From positions 8,255-72,254 of IMG/VR virus record IMGVR_UViG_3300021311_000141: a stretch of 64,000 nt of DNA; one strand, given 5' to 3'. Position numbers and translations under genes: made by a program. This document shows, piece after piece, positions 26,480 to 35,654 of this stretch; within the stretch, counting starts at the first letter, position 1; the number at the start of each line of letters is the position of its first letter. This stretch comes from a virus. Lineage: Duplodnaviria; Caudoviricetes. Under the pieces are notes generated by a model, which searched no databases, was not told the DNA's origin, and worked only from the letters and a program-made list of their open reading frames with translations.

Positions 26480-28219
26480 CTACTTGATGAGCTTCGGCTG
26501 GCCTGCGATACGGCGGGCTGCGCCGGTGATGCAGATTTCCCACGTCACCTTCCACAGGTCGATTTCAAGCTGCTCGACCTTGATGATGTAGGGGCTGTTG
26601 CCGTCGCGTTCCGGGTCACGGGGGGCCACCAGGGCGCCGGACGTAACCAGGTCTTCCATGATGGCCGTGGTCATGTCCAAAAGGCCCTGGCGGGTCAGGC
26701 CGTCGGGCTCGAACTTCATCTGCTGCGCCGCCTCGTAGAAGCGGTGGTCGATGTAGTCGAGCACGTCGTTGATCCAGCCGAAGCGCAGATAGTTGGTCTT
26801 GAACCAATGCACCAGATCGTCATCAGCCCCGCAGCCGCCCGACGTTATGGGCAGAATGGGGTTGATGCGCGAATCGTACAGGTCGTCGCGGTTGATGCGG
26901 TCTTCCTCGAACAGGGCCTTGATGCCCGTGCGCGTCAGGTATGACCGCGCCTCGCCTGCGGGGGCATAGTGAACGCCGGGCGTGGAGCCCACGGTCACGA
27001 TCTTGTTGCAGCGGGCCTTGGCCGCAGCCATCGCGCCGGACACGCCCCACACGCACTTGCCGCCGCGCCACTGGTCGTTGGCGGAGTACGGGGAATAGTA
27101 GGCGCGGGCATGGCGGCTGGTGAGCCCCAGGGACTTGTCCCATGCCATCGCTTCCGCGCTCTTGAGGGCCGGCGGCACGTCATAGAAGTAGGCGATGTGC
27201 CGGTCATCGGCCACACCGGCCTGCGCCACAATGATGTCCTGGTCGTAGATGCCCGCCGCAAAGAGCAGGTTGCAGGCAACGCGCTCGTTGCGGAAGATGT
27301 CCACACCGGCCTGCCAGTCGGTCACGTCGGGTTCGTCGCCTGCCGTACCGCCCGTGAAGGCGAAGTCGTTGGTCGTCGTGCGCGTGGTGGCGATGGCCTG
27401 CAGGGTGGGCAACACATCCTCCCAGGCAAGGCCTTCCATGTAATCCACGCGGAAACGCTCGCTTTCGCGCTCGAAAACCGTTTCGATATAGGCGGAAAGG
27501 CCCATATCGTCCTTGTCGTCCTCATCCACGCCCACGGTGTGCGATTCGAGCTCATAGACCTCGCCCAGCACATCCTTGTCATAGATGGTGACGGTGAATC
27601 GCCTGTTTTCGGCGTCCACATCCGTGATCCGCACGGTGCGGTTGCCGGAGGCGTCACCGTCGATGGGGTACAGCACGAACATGGCGCCGTCGCCCACCAT
27701 GACGCTCTCGTTGTGGCGGTGCGCCCCGGCTTCCGTGGGGCCGGTGAACACAAGCCAGTCCGTCTGCCCTGCCGTGGCCGGGGTCACGGAGGTGTTGGAG
27801 GTGTGGCTGTACGCGCACAGGTATTTTTTGCCCTGGTACGTCACCACGTCACCCGCCTTGTACGGGTGCGTTGTCGCCCACGCCTCGCCCGTGTCGTTGA
27901 ACACCAGGAACGCCAGCGAGGGGAAGCGGTAGGTGAGCGCGTTGACCACGCGCACCACGTTCACATAGCTGCACGATTCCGAAGCGTCATGCACATGGCG
28001 CAGGCCTTCCATGCCGGCGGCCTTCTTGGGCAGCGGCAGGCCGAAATTGTCTTCAATATCGGTCGAGCCGCCGTAAATGGGAATGGGAGTGAACGGCTTG
28101 CCCTTGCCGGCAATGACGCAGCAGCCGCCGACGGAGATGTCGCCACCGCCCGTCTTGTAGTTGTTGTCTATCGGCTGGAGGATGGTGATCTCCGCCGCAT
28201 TGGTGATGGTGGATTTCAC
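26480..28219 (-). CDS. Tail sheath protein (P1 gp22-like)
   Basis: 579 aa; GKGKPFTP, RHARAYYSPY, WGVSG, DDLYDSRINPI, YLRFGWINDV, ITGAARRIAGQP. Confidence 0.9.
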   Translation of the reverse strand: MKSTITNAAEITILQPIDNNYKTGGGDISVGGCCVIAGKGKPFTPIPIYGGSTDIEDNFGLPLPKKAAGMEGLRHVHDASESCSYVNVVRVVNALTYRFPSLAFLVFNDTGEAWATTHPYKAGDVVTYQGKKYLCAYSHTSNTSVTPATAGQTDWLVFTGPTEAGAHRHNESVMVGDGAMFVLYPIDGDASGNRTVRITDVDAENRRFTVTIYDKDVLGEVYELESHTVGVDEDDKDDMGLSAYIETVFERESERFRVDYMEGLAWEDVLPTLQAIATTRTTTNDFAFTGGTAGDEPDVTDWQAGVDIFRNERVACNLLFAAGIYDQDIIVAQAGVADDRHIAYFYDVPPALKSAEAMAWDKSLGLTSRHARAYYSPYSANDQWRGGKCVWGVSGAMAAAKARCNKIVTVGSTPGVHYAPAGEARSYLTRTGIKALFEEDRINRDDLYDSRINPILPITSGGCGADDDLVHWFKTNYLRFGWINDVLDYIDHRFYEAAQQMKFEPDGLTRQGLLDMTTAIMEDLVTSGALVAPRDPERDGNSPYIIKVEQLEIDLWKVTWEICITGAARRIAGQPKLIK

Positions 28220-28231
28220 GGCTTTGTCCCC

Positions 28232-28621
28232 TTACTTTTTGGCGTTGCCGTTCTTGGCATTGGCCTGGGCGGCATCCGTCTTGGGAGCGTCGGCGGCCTT
28301 GTCGGCCTGGGCCGGGCTGTCACCTTCCTTTGCGGCCTGGGCCGGAGCCGCCCCGTCCGTCTTGGGAGCGTCGGCGGCCTTGTCGGCGTCAGAAGCCGTG
28401 GACGCCTGGGGCTGTCGGGCTTCGGCGGAACCGTCCGCAACTTCCACGATTTTCAGCAGCGGGTACCGCTGCTTGAGGCGCGACACGGTAGCCTTGGCCG
28501 TGTCATCGGGCAGGCTGATCAGCACGTCCTTGCACATGCCGGGGATGTCGATGCGGACGCGCCCCGCCAGGCAAATGGAGCCCTCGCCGTTATTCGTGAC
28601 CTTGTAGTTTTTCATCTGCAT
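28232..28621 (-). CDS. Small virion protein with low-complexity repeated tail
   Basis: Between capsid and sheath genes; DKAADAPKTD twice. Confidence 0.6.
   Translation of the reverse strand: MQMKNYKVTNNGEGSICLAGRVRIDIPGMCKDVLISLPDDTAKATVSRLKQRYPLLKIVEVADGSAEARQPQASTASDADKAADAPKTDGAAPAQAAKEGDSPAQADKAADAPKTDAAQANAKNGNAKK
28275..28387. repeat. 32-bp exact direct repeat inside CDS (28275-28306 and 28356-28387)
   Basis: TCCGTCTTGGGAGCGTCGGCGGCCTTGTCGGC twice, 81 bp apart. Confidence 0.9.
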
Positions 28622-28648
28622 GGCTTTCTCCTTATGCCTGTGCTGGGG

Positions 28649-30250
28649 CTATTCGCTGACGAAATTCAGCTTGCAGAGGTACTTCTCGCCGTCGAAGGGC
28701 TGCATGTCGCGGTAGGCCAGATCCCACATGGTGGCGCGCTGGGTGAGGTCGCCCATGACGGGATGGCGGAAGGTCTGGGCGGGCACGGCGTCGCCGGCGA
28801 CATAGGCCGTCTGGCCATGGTCGGGGCCCTTGGCGAAGCAGAGAGCCTGCCAGCCATCCATGTAGGGGTTGCAGTACAAATCCCACTGCCCGAAGACGCG
28901 GCCCACATAGTGCGGCTGGGCCAGAGAACGATAGCCGGGAGCGGCCACGAACAACGGATCGCGGAGGTAGCGGAAGACATTGGTGGCCTGGACGCCAGCA
29001 ACGATGCCCACAAGGCCGGAAACGCCGTTGCCGACCATGAGCTTGGAATCGACTTCCAGCAGGGCGGCGTTCAGGCTTTCGTAATGCTGGTGCAGGGTCA
29101 GTTCGGGACTGCCGACGTAGCACCATTCCACGCTGTCCTGGGCATGGAAGAGCATGTCATGCAGGTTCTTCTTGTCCTTGTCGGCCGCCAGAAGATTGCG
29201 AAGGCCCTGCATGGTCAGGTTGTCGATGTCCTGCCCCAGCTCGCGGCGCAGCGTCCAGATCGCCTGGATCGTGGCGTTGCCGGCGATGGCCGATTCGTGG
29301 GGATACAGGACGTGAGAGAACATCTGGTGGTCAATGCGCGGGATGAGCTCCGGCGCGTTTTCGATGTTCACGTCAAAGCCGACATGCAGGGGCGTCTGGG
29401 CGGCGGGGGCGGTGGTGAACTCAACCTCGACCTGCCCCGTGGCATAGTCCACCGTGCCGGACACGACCACGGTGGAATCGCCGCTGACATAGGTGCCCAC
29501 CATTGCGCCGTTGCCGTTGTCCTCGGCGACCACCTTGTGATTGGCCCAGATGCGGGTGCGCTTCGGCTTGAAGGGGTAGACCTTGCCGTGGATGCTCTTG
29601 GAATCGAAGCTGAACTTCTTGGTGCTGCCGTCGCCGACGCCCAGTTCGACGCGCTGATCCATGACGGAGTACAGGCCGTCGTAGTTGAATTTGATGATGT
29701 CGCCCTTCTGTTTGGTGCCGAAGGTCGATCCGGCCACACGGAAGACGCGGAAGAACTCGCTCTGATTGAACTCGCCGGGAATGAACGTCACCATGTTGGC
29801 GGTGATGGTCTGCAGCAGCACGGGCAGCACCAAGGAAATGAGGCGGTCGCGCAGCATGATGCCCTCGGTGGTGCTCATGTCCGCGCTTTCATACACGCCC
29901 CCGCCCAGGGTGGCCTTGCCGGTGGCGAGCAACAGGGCGTTTTCCACAGCCTTGTGAGCGGACGCCAGCAGATCGTCGGACGGCAGATGCCCGTGGATGC
30001 GCTCATAGCCCTGCAGGGCGCGGGAATGAACGGCGGCAATCATGGCGCCGTTCTGCGACATGGCATAGGCGGAATCGGAAATGGCGCTTTCAAGCACCTG
30101 ATCGCGGTGTTTCGCGTCGGCGGCGGTCTTGGGCCGGATGAACCCGCCGTCATCGGCGCGGAAGGGGTCAACAAGAATGCGGCGCATGGCGGCGGCGCGT
30201 GTTGCGATGTCCGCCACCTGCTGCTGGTAGGAATTGATTTTGTCAGCCAT
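28649..30250 (-). CDS. Major capsid protein (P1 gp23-like)
   Basis: 533 aa; YESADMSTTEGIM..LVLPVLL, AGSTFG, FDVNIENAPELIP, YVGRVFGQWDLYC, KGPDHGQTAYVAGDAVP, TMWDLAYRDMQP. Confidence 0.9.
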   Translation of the reverse strand: MADKINSYQQQVADIATRAAAMRRILVDPFRADDGGFIRPKTAADAKHRDQVLESAISDSAYAMSQNGAMIAAVHSRALQGYERIHGHLPSDDLLASAHKAVENALLLATGKATLGGGVYESADMSTTEGIMLRDRLISLVLPVLLQTITANMVTFIPGEFNQSEFFRVFRVAGSTFGTKQKGDIIKFNYDGLYSVMDQRVELGVGDGSTKKFSFDSKSIHGKVYPFKPKRTRIWANHKVVAEDNGNGAMVGTYVSGDSTVVVSGTVDYATGQVEVEFTTAPAAQTPLHVGFDVNIENAPELIPRIDHQMFSHVLYPHESAIAGNATIQAIWTLRRELGQDIDNLTMQGLRNLLAADKDKKNLHDMLFHAQDSVEWCYVGSPELTLHQHYESLNAALLEVDSKLMVGNGVSGLVGIVAGVQATNVFRYLRDPLFVAAPGYRSLAQPHYVGRVFGQWDLYCNPYMDGWQALCFAKGPDHGQTAYVAGDAVPAQTFRHPVMGDLTQRATMWDLAYRDMQPFDGEKYLCKLNFVSE

Positions 30251-30362
30251 GGGATTGCTCCGTAGGTTTGGGCCGCAGGATTGCGGATTTCGGCAACTTC
30301 CCGTGAAGTGCCGCCGTTTGGAGCAATCGTGCCCGCCATTTTCGCGGGCTGACAGGAAAAGT

Positions 30363-30387
30363 TGTCTAAATCTGGCAGAGTTAGACA
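30363..30387. promoter_or_regulatory. 25-bp dyad motif (copy 3, most symmetric)
   Basis: TGTCTAA-ATCTGGCAGAG-TTAGACA, 113 bp upstream of the capsid start. Confidence 0.65.
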
Positions 30388-30541
30388 GGACAGGAAATTT
30401 TTTTTCGAGGATTTATCGGAAAGTCCACTTTTTCGTTCCGGTGGGGGATGAAAATGGGGAGAACAAATGTTTTCCCTATAGGAAGATGTGCGGATTGTCC
30501 GCGCAGGTTCCTATAAGAATTAACCCTCAAAAAGAGGTATT

Positions 30542-30796
30542 ATGATGTATAATATCGTGTTACCAAAGCCACTTGACCGTGCCAGCTCGGAAGAAATTGA
30601 CAAGGGATTATTTTTTGGTTTTGTGGAGGACAGCGATGGATTCTATGAAGTATATAACATTTTTTGGAAGGCAGGCGGAGGGCTCTCTGGCATCTTATTT
30701 GGGAAATGCGAACGAGCTATTGATATGTGGAAACTATATAATAAATATGCACAACGCAAATTACTATTTAAGGAAATGAAACGGATGCTCAATTAA
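30542..30796 (+). CDS. AT-rich hypothetical protein (moron-like, opposite strand)
   Basis: GAGG RBS, visibly AT-rich, convergent with the HU gene. Confidence 0.55.
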   Translation: MMYNIVLPKPLDRASSEEIDKGLFFGFVEDSDGFYEVYNIFWKAGGGLSGILFGKCERAIDMWKLYNKYAQRKLLFKEMKRMLN

Positions 30797-30805
30797 CCGA
30801 AATAA

Positions 30806-30839
30806 CCGCCCACCAAGATACAACTGTCTTGGTGGGCGG
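30806..30839 (-). terminator. Rho-independent terminator (possibly bidirectional)
   Basis: 13-bp perfect stem CCGCCCACCAAGA/TCTTGGTGGGCGG followed by TTATTT on the minus strand. Confidence 0.75.
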
Positions 30840-30851
30840 CCACAGTATCGG

Positions 30852-31130
30852 CTACACCCTGAGCTTCTGGCCGTATTCCTTGGACACGCGGATGGAGAGC
30901 ACACGACAGGCGGGAATGGTGACGGGTTGCCCTGTGCGCGGGTTCCGCCCCGTGCGCGCCGCCCGCTCCTTGGTGACAATCTTGCCGATGCCCTGCAGGG
31001 GTACGGAACCGAGGTCTTTGTTCAGTTCGGCCGCCATGATGCCGCAGAGCGTGTTGAAATACTTTTCGGCCCTGGCGTTGGTCAGGCCTTCCGCCTCCTG
31101 AAACTTCTTGATCAATTCCGCCTTGGTCAT
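30852..31130 (-). CDS. HU/IHF-family DNA-binding protein
   Basis: MTKAELIKK..LQGIGKIVTKERAARTGRNPRTGQPVTIPA; GGAGG RBS. Confidence 0.92.
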   Translation of the reverse strand: MTKAELIKKFQEAEGLTNARAEKYFNTLCGIMAAELNKDLGSVPLQGIGKIVTKERAARTGRNPRTGQPVTIPACRVLSIRVSKEYGQKLRV

Positions 31131-31157
31131 GTTTTCCTCCAGTTTGCGCATGACGTG

Positions 31158-31982
31158 TCAATGCGAATGATGGTTGCTGTTGCCTGCGGCGTCCATGATG
31201 GAGCCCTGCGCGGTGACATTCTGCTCGCAGGATAGATCGTCCTTCATGGTCGTGGGCCCCTCGAAGCGCAGCCCGCCCCCGCCGGTCATGGTGCCCTGCG
31301 TTTTCGCCCCCAGAGCGAGGCTTGAGCCGGTGCTGGCGAAGGTGGCCTCGCCCGTGGATGTTTCGGTCATGGAGCCCTCGACAATTTTCTCGAAATTGCC
31401 CTTGATAATCTGCTTCAGATCGCCATCGTACTCTTCCAGCGTATTCCCCTTGACGCTGGCGAACATGTCGCCCTCGCAGTGCATGATCATGTGTCCGGCC
31501 GGCGTAATCTCAATGGCAGAGCCGCTTGTCATCTGGGTTACGCGGATAGTGCCTGAACGGCAGAGCTGAATCAAGGCGTGGTTCTGGCAGTACACCACGT
31601 CCTCATAGTACGGCGCGGCTTCCGGCTTGGGCTGCCTGTCTGTGCGCTTATGCGGATACTGTCCGTCGCCCTGGCAGACATCCGGGGCCAGGTTGACCTT
31701 GCCGCCTGGGCTGGCCTGCGCCGAGCCGATGACAAGGGGGCGGCGTGAATCGCCCTCGACAAAGCGCACCCACACCTTGTCGCCCACCTGCACGGGATTG
31801 ATGGCGCCCTCGCCGGGGCGCGAACCCAGGGGCAGAACGAAATTCGCCCACGGCAGCGAGGCCACGGGCACCCCGTCGAACACGTCATAGACGTTGACCT
31901 TGATGCGGCACCGCTTGTCAGGATCGGCTACGGAAACAACCTCTCCCACATAGGTGCTGTCGTATTTTTTAGAATGGCTCAA
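31158..31982 (-). CDS. Baseplate spike/gpV-like protein (P1 gp5-like)
   Basis: GEVVSVADPDKRCRIKV..LPWA..PVQVGDKVWVRFVEGD..P OB-fold; C-terminal HHSH metal-binding tip; TTG start inferred. Confidence 0.85.
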   Translation of the reverse strand: MSHSKKYDSTYVGEVVSVADPDKRCRIKVNVYDVFDGVPVASLPWANFVLPLGSRPGEGAINPVQVGDKVWVRFVEGDSRRPLVIGSAQASPGGKVNLAPDVCQGDGQYPHKRTDRQPKPEAAPYYEDVVYCQNHALIQLCRSGTIRVTQMTSGSAIEITPAGHMIMHCEGDMFASVKGNTLEEYDGDLKQIIKGNFEKIVEGSMTETSTGEATFASTGSSLALGAKTQGTMTGGGGLRFEGPTTMKDDLSCEQNVTAQGSIMDAAGNSNHHSH

Positions 31983-32985
31983 GAGCGACCGCCCCCTTGA
32001 TGCGGCAGTAGTATTTTGAGGACGAATACCAGTGGGCCACGGATTCAACCACAACCCTGTCGGGCAGGCCTTCATTGATGGGGTTCGCCGGGTCTGGCGT
32101 GTGCCAGACGAGCTTGAGTGCCTGGCCTGCGGTGACGGACATGTTGCCAAGGGTGACGAAGTCAATGGCCGTCTTCTTGGCGACAGGGCCGTTGCCGAGA
32201 ACGAAGGGGCTCGGCGAGCCTGTGATGGCTGTCGGCTTGGAACCGGCCCTGGAGAGGACGGGCATGTCCAGCGCCGTCTTGACGCGCCCCGTCACCTCAT
32301 TCCAGCCCGTGAAGGTGCGGATGGCCGCTTCCTGCGCTTTCATCTGGAACGACGGCTTGGTGTACCGCACGATGGCGTTTTCATGGCTGATTGTGCCCCA
32401 GTGGAAGGTGACGGACGGCGGCTGGGCTATCATCTCGGCAAAGCGTTTCATCTGCATGGAGCCGCGGGCATACCAGACGTGCGCCCCCTGCTCGGCGGCG
32501 ATCTGCCGCAGCAGGGCGGACGGACGCTCACCGGCGATGCAATGGTAGTTCTCGACCACCGGGAACTTCCCCAGGGAGAATTTCATGCCGGAGGCAAAGG
32601 CCTTGAGGATTTCGATGATGCCGCGCTGTGCGAAGATGCGCGTTCTGTCCGCCATTTTCTTCATCTCGAAGACAGGCTTTGCCATGAGGTTGATGCGCAC
32701 CATGCCGTCCTGGTCAGGCTTGCACGTCAGGACGATGAATTTCTCCTTTTCGCTCACGCCCCCTTCACGCCACGGGTCGCCGAAGGATACGGAAAATTCG
32801 TCGTACTCCTTGACCTGCAACTGGTTCTTGATGCGCTCTTCGGGGTCGGCATACACGAGCATGAGCTTTGGCCCGTCCAGCTCGATGGATTCAACGTAGG
32901 TGCCTTCCTTGAGGTATCCCGCGTCGATTTCCTCTCCGCTGGACTCATGCACCACTCTGGTGAATATGCAGATGTTGTCAATCAT
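31969..32985 (-). CDS. Baseplate hub protein (P1 gp6-like)
   Basis: 338 aa from ATG 32985 (ATGA overlap); YVESIELDGPKLML, YHCIAGERPSALLRQIA..GAHVW. Confidence 0.75.
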   Translation of the reverse strand: MIDNICIFTRVVHESSGEEIDAGYLKEGTYVESIELDGPKLMLVYADPEERIKNQLQVKEYDEFSVSFGDPWREGGVSEKEKFIVLTCKPDQDGMVRINLMAKPVFEMKKMADRTRIFAQRGIIEILKAFASGMKFSLGKFPVVENYHCIAGERPSALLRQIAAEQGAHVWYARGSMQMKRFAEMIAQPPSVTFHWGTISHENAIVRYTKPSFQMKAQEAAIRTFTGWNEVTGRVKTALDMPVLSRAGSKPTAITGSPSPFVLGNGPVAKKTAIDFVTLGNMSVTAGQALKLVWHTPDPANPINEGLPDRVVVESVAHWYSSSKYYCRIKGAVALEPF

Positions 32986-33686
32986 GCCATCTGCCGCCAG
33001 TCCGTTACCAGCCGAATGTAGTCCGGGTACTCGCACTTAGCGCCGTACACGGCCTGCGTGTTCACTTCGGCCATGGTGCGCGAACCCCACAGGCGGGTGC
33101 CCTCTTCATCCATCTGCTCAAAGGATGTGAGTATTTCCCGCGGCGCATTCAGGGACGCGCCGACCTCGAAACGCTCCCCGTCAAGGGTATAGGGGACTGT
33201 GAATCGGCTGTGCTTGCGCCGCAGCGGGGCCACATGCGCCCACCAGGCCAGGGCCATGCGCTCGATGCTGGCCCTATCCCACGCCAGAAAAAGAATGGAA
33301 TAGGTCAGCGTCAGCGGTATGGTTGTCACCCGCATGGCCGCGTCTGACGCCATGACCGTTTCCTCGCCGACGAAGCGCGTCACCTCGGCCACCTGTATGT
33401 GCTGGTTGGCATCCGGCGCGATGCCCTGTTCCCGGTAATACATGACCACGGGCAGATCCGGGCCCCGGCGGTGCGGCTCATCTTCCAGGTGCGCCAATTT
33501 GCGCATTGCCGCCTGCACGTTGTCGTTTTTCACGAAATAGATGCGTTCCGCGTCCGGGCGGGCAAGGAACCGCTGGAACGCTTTGGGGCCGCTGTCCATG
33601 GCCAGGGCTCCGAAGCAGCCCGCGATGACGCCGCCCACGGCAAAATCCACCGCCTGCAGGTCGGTTATATGCGCGCCGGCCATCAC
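32982..33686 (-). CDS. Tail terminator/completion protein (P1 gp24-like)
   Basis: FQRFLARPDAERIY..LPVVMYYR..LTLTYSILF; synteny 26-25-7-24-6-5. Confidence 0.7.
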   Translation of the reverse strand: MMAGAHITDLQAVDFAVGGVIAGCFGALAMDSGPKAFQRFLARPDAERIYFVKNDNVQAAMRKLAHLEDEPHRRGPDLPVVMYYREQGIAPDANQHIQVAEVTRFVGEETVMASDAAMRVTTIPLTLTYSILFLAWDRASIERMALAWWAHVAPLRRKHSRFTVPYTLDGERFEVGASLNAPREILTSFEQMDEEGTRLWGSRTMAEVNTQAVYGAKCEYPDYIRLVTDWRQMA

Positions 33687-34267
33687 AGCACCCCCACCTG
33701 CGGCGCGGCGCCGCCGTTATCATCCCCCTCCGGCTCCGCGTCCTGCTCCACCCCGCTTCCGTCAAGCTGCGGCACTTCCCCAAGCGCGGGGAGGGGTTGG
33801 CAGACATAAACCATACCTGCTCCCAGGGTGCGGCCCATGGGCCGGATGTCGGCCACATACACCGTGCGCGTCACGGTTTCCCCACCCTCAAGCGAGCGGT
33901 ATTCAAGCCACTGGACAATGGAGTGCAGACGCAGGTTCGGCTCGGACAGCAGCAGGCGGATGGCGTCGGACGCCGCGTGAAAGCTCTCGAAGCCGCCCGA
34001 ATCCGTTGCGTCAAAGGCAAGTTCCTGCGTGGGGGCCACCATGGCCCGGCCCTGCATGGGCGGGTCAAATTCCTGGGCGCGCTCGTCCCGGTCAAGCAGC
34101 GTCGCCACCGGGGCGTTGTCCGCAAGAATCTCATTATGTTCAGACGCCCGTGCGGGATAGATGATACAGTCAAAGGCCTCCGGGTGATCCCGCAGCATGA
34201 CGGCGTAACTGTGGTTGAGCACACCGCCTGCCGGCTTGTAGGAACGCGGCGTCATGGGGACTGTCAT
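33683..34267 (-). CDS. P1 gp7-like neck/tail stability protein
   Basis: RDHPEAFDCIIY..VQWLEY..VYVCQP; synteny. Confidence 0.6.
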   Translation of the reverse strand: MTVPMTPRSYKPAGGVLNHSYAVMLRDHPEAFDCIIYPARASEHNEILADNAPVATLLDRDERAQEFDPPMQGRAMVAPTQELAFDATDSGGFESFHAASDAIRLLLSEPNLRLHSIVQWLEYRSLEGGETVTRTVYVADIRPMGRTLGAGMVYVCQPLPALGEVPQLDGSGVEQDAEPEGDDNGGAAPQVGVL

Positions 34268-35316
34268 AGGTTGTGCTCCTTGATGATGGCGTCAATCTGG
34301 GCGCGGGTCAGTCTTTGCGCTTTCGCCAGTTGATTGAGCATGGTGTCCGGCTTCATGTTGGCGGCCCTCGCCAGCTTCAGAAACGTCTTGATGGCGTTCA
34401 AAACCTCTTTCGACACTTTCGGCGCCGCAGCCGCCCCGCTGCCGCTGTCCGGCTTCCTGGGGCGCAACCGACGCTTGATTTGCGCGGCCTCTTTCTCATA
34501 TATGCGGAAGGCCAGCATGGCGGCGCGCGTCATGCGCTTGGCCTGGGCAAGCCTCAAGTCCGCCGCGGAAAGCACTTCCTTGCGCATCCCGCCTGTGAAT
34601 CCCGGCTTGGCGCGCTCCCTGTCCAGCTCCTTTGCCAGCAGGAACATGACCCGCGTGCTCTTGAGGTCGTGCAGCACCTTGAGGACATGCTTGCAGCAGC
34701 AGCCGGTCAGTTGCGGGTTGCGGATTTTGGGGAATCCTGTCTCCGTGGGCTTCAGGGCATAGTTGCCCAGCGTGGCGAGGTAGCGATACCAGTATTGGTG
34801 GCGGCCGCACGGACACTCGAAGGACAGCCGCCCGGCAATCATGTTCTTCACGGCTTTGAGGGCCGGTGTGGCGTCCGTGATGTAGGAGTTCCACTCCTCC
34901 AGCTTGATCTGCACCCGGTAGAACGCCTGATGGTTGCCCGTCACCTGAAAATAGATGATGTCGCCCTTTCTCTGGTACAAGGTTGCGCCGCGCACCTGCT
35001 TTGACCGCTTCACGTCCACCGGGCGGGACGCGCGTATCAGCGCCCCGTAGGGGACGCCGTGCGCCCCGTGTCTGGGGTTGAAGGCCTTGCGCGTCTTTTC
35101 GATGGTGTTGAGGAACTGGCGCAGCTCTTCGGGGCTGAAAACCTCCTGCGTCATCCCGTAGGCCAGCACAATGCGCTGCCTGTCCGCGTGACTGGCGATG
35201 GGCTGGGTTTTCAGGATGCCGTGCGCGTTCTTGCGCACAGCCGCCGCCTCCTTGGCCTCTTCATTGGCCTGGCGGTCAAATTCCTTGAAAAGCGCCCGCA
35301 GGTTCGCCTCGTTCAT
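34264..35316 (-). CDS. P1 gp25-like protein with SWIM-type Zn finger
   Basis: SFECPCGRHQYWYRYLATLGNYA..FPKIRNPQLTGCCCKHV. Confidence 0.85.
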   Translation of the reverse strand: MNEANLRALFKEFDRQANEEAKEAAAVRKNAHGILKTQPIASHADRQRIVLAYGMTQEVFSPEELRQFLNTIEKTRKAFNPRHGAHGVPYGALIRASRPVDVKRSKQVRGATLYQRKGDIIYFQVTGNHQAFYRVQIKLEEWNSYITDATPALKAVKNMIAGRLSFECPCGRHQYWYRYLATLGNYALKPTETGFPKIRNPQLTGCCCKHVLKVLHDLKSTRVMFLLAKELDRERAKPGFTGGMRKEVLSAADLRLAQAKRMTRAAMLAFRIYEKEAAQIKRRLRPRKPDSGSGAAAAPKVSKEVLNAIKTFLKLARAANMKPDTMLNQLAKAQRLTRAQIDAIIKEHNL

Positions 35317-35654
35317 TGTTGCTCCATCTCGCAGTAATGCTTGATGCGCTCGCGTATCCAAACCGTTGAGGGCAGATAGATGACGCTGCCGCTTTCCAGC
35401 GTATTCCGCGTGTCATCAAGGCCTGCGGCGGCCATGACCGTCCACTTGAGCGTGTCCACGCCGTATGCCTTCCATGCTATCAGTTCCGGGCGCAGCACGT
35501 CGGCCGGCTGGACGACGTAAAAGCCCCATTCCTCCCCGCGGTATTTCCTGTCTGTCTGCGCAAGGCGGATTTCCCGCAGCATCTCCGCGCGCAACAGGGG
35601 GTCGGCGATGTTCAGCGGCGACAGCCTGCCGCCGGATGATTCCACGCTATACAT
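35313..35654 (-). CDS. P1 gp26-like baseplate (gpX/LysM-like) protein
   Basis: RPELIAWKAYG..LKW..IYLPSTVWIRERI. Confidence 0.8.
   Translation of the reverse strand: MYSVESSGGRLSPLNIADPLLRAEMLREIRLAQTDRKYRGEEWGFYVVQPADVLRPELIAWKAYGVDTLKWTVMAAAGLDDTRNTLESGSVIYLPSTVWIRERIKHYCEMEQQ

Noticed and set aside
26969-30265. 1098-aa plus-strand ORF (also 5259-7073, 949-2130, 25267-26487, and minus-strand 58280-60025, 56906-58120)
   Set aside because: Antisense shadows of well-supported genes in GC-rich DNA; no motifs or RBS
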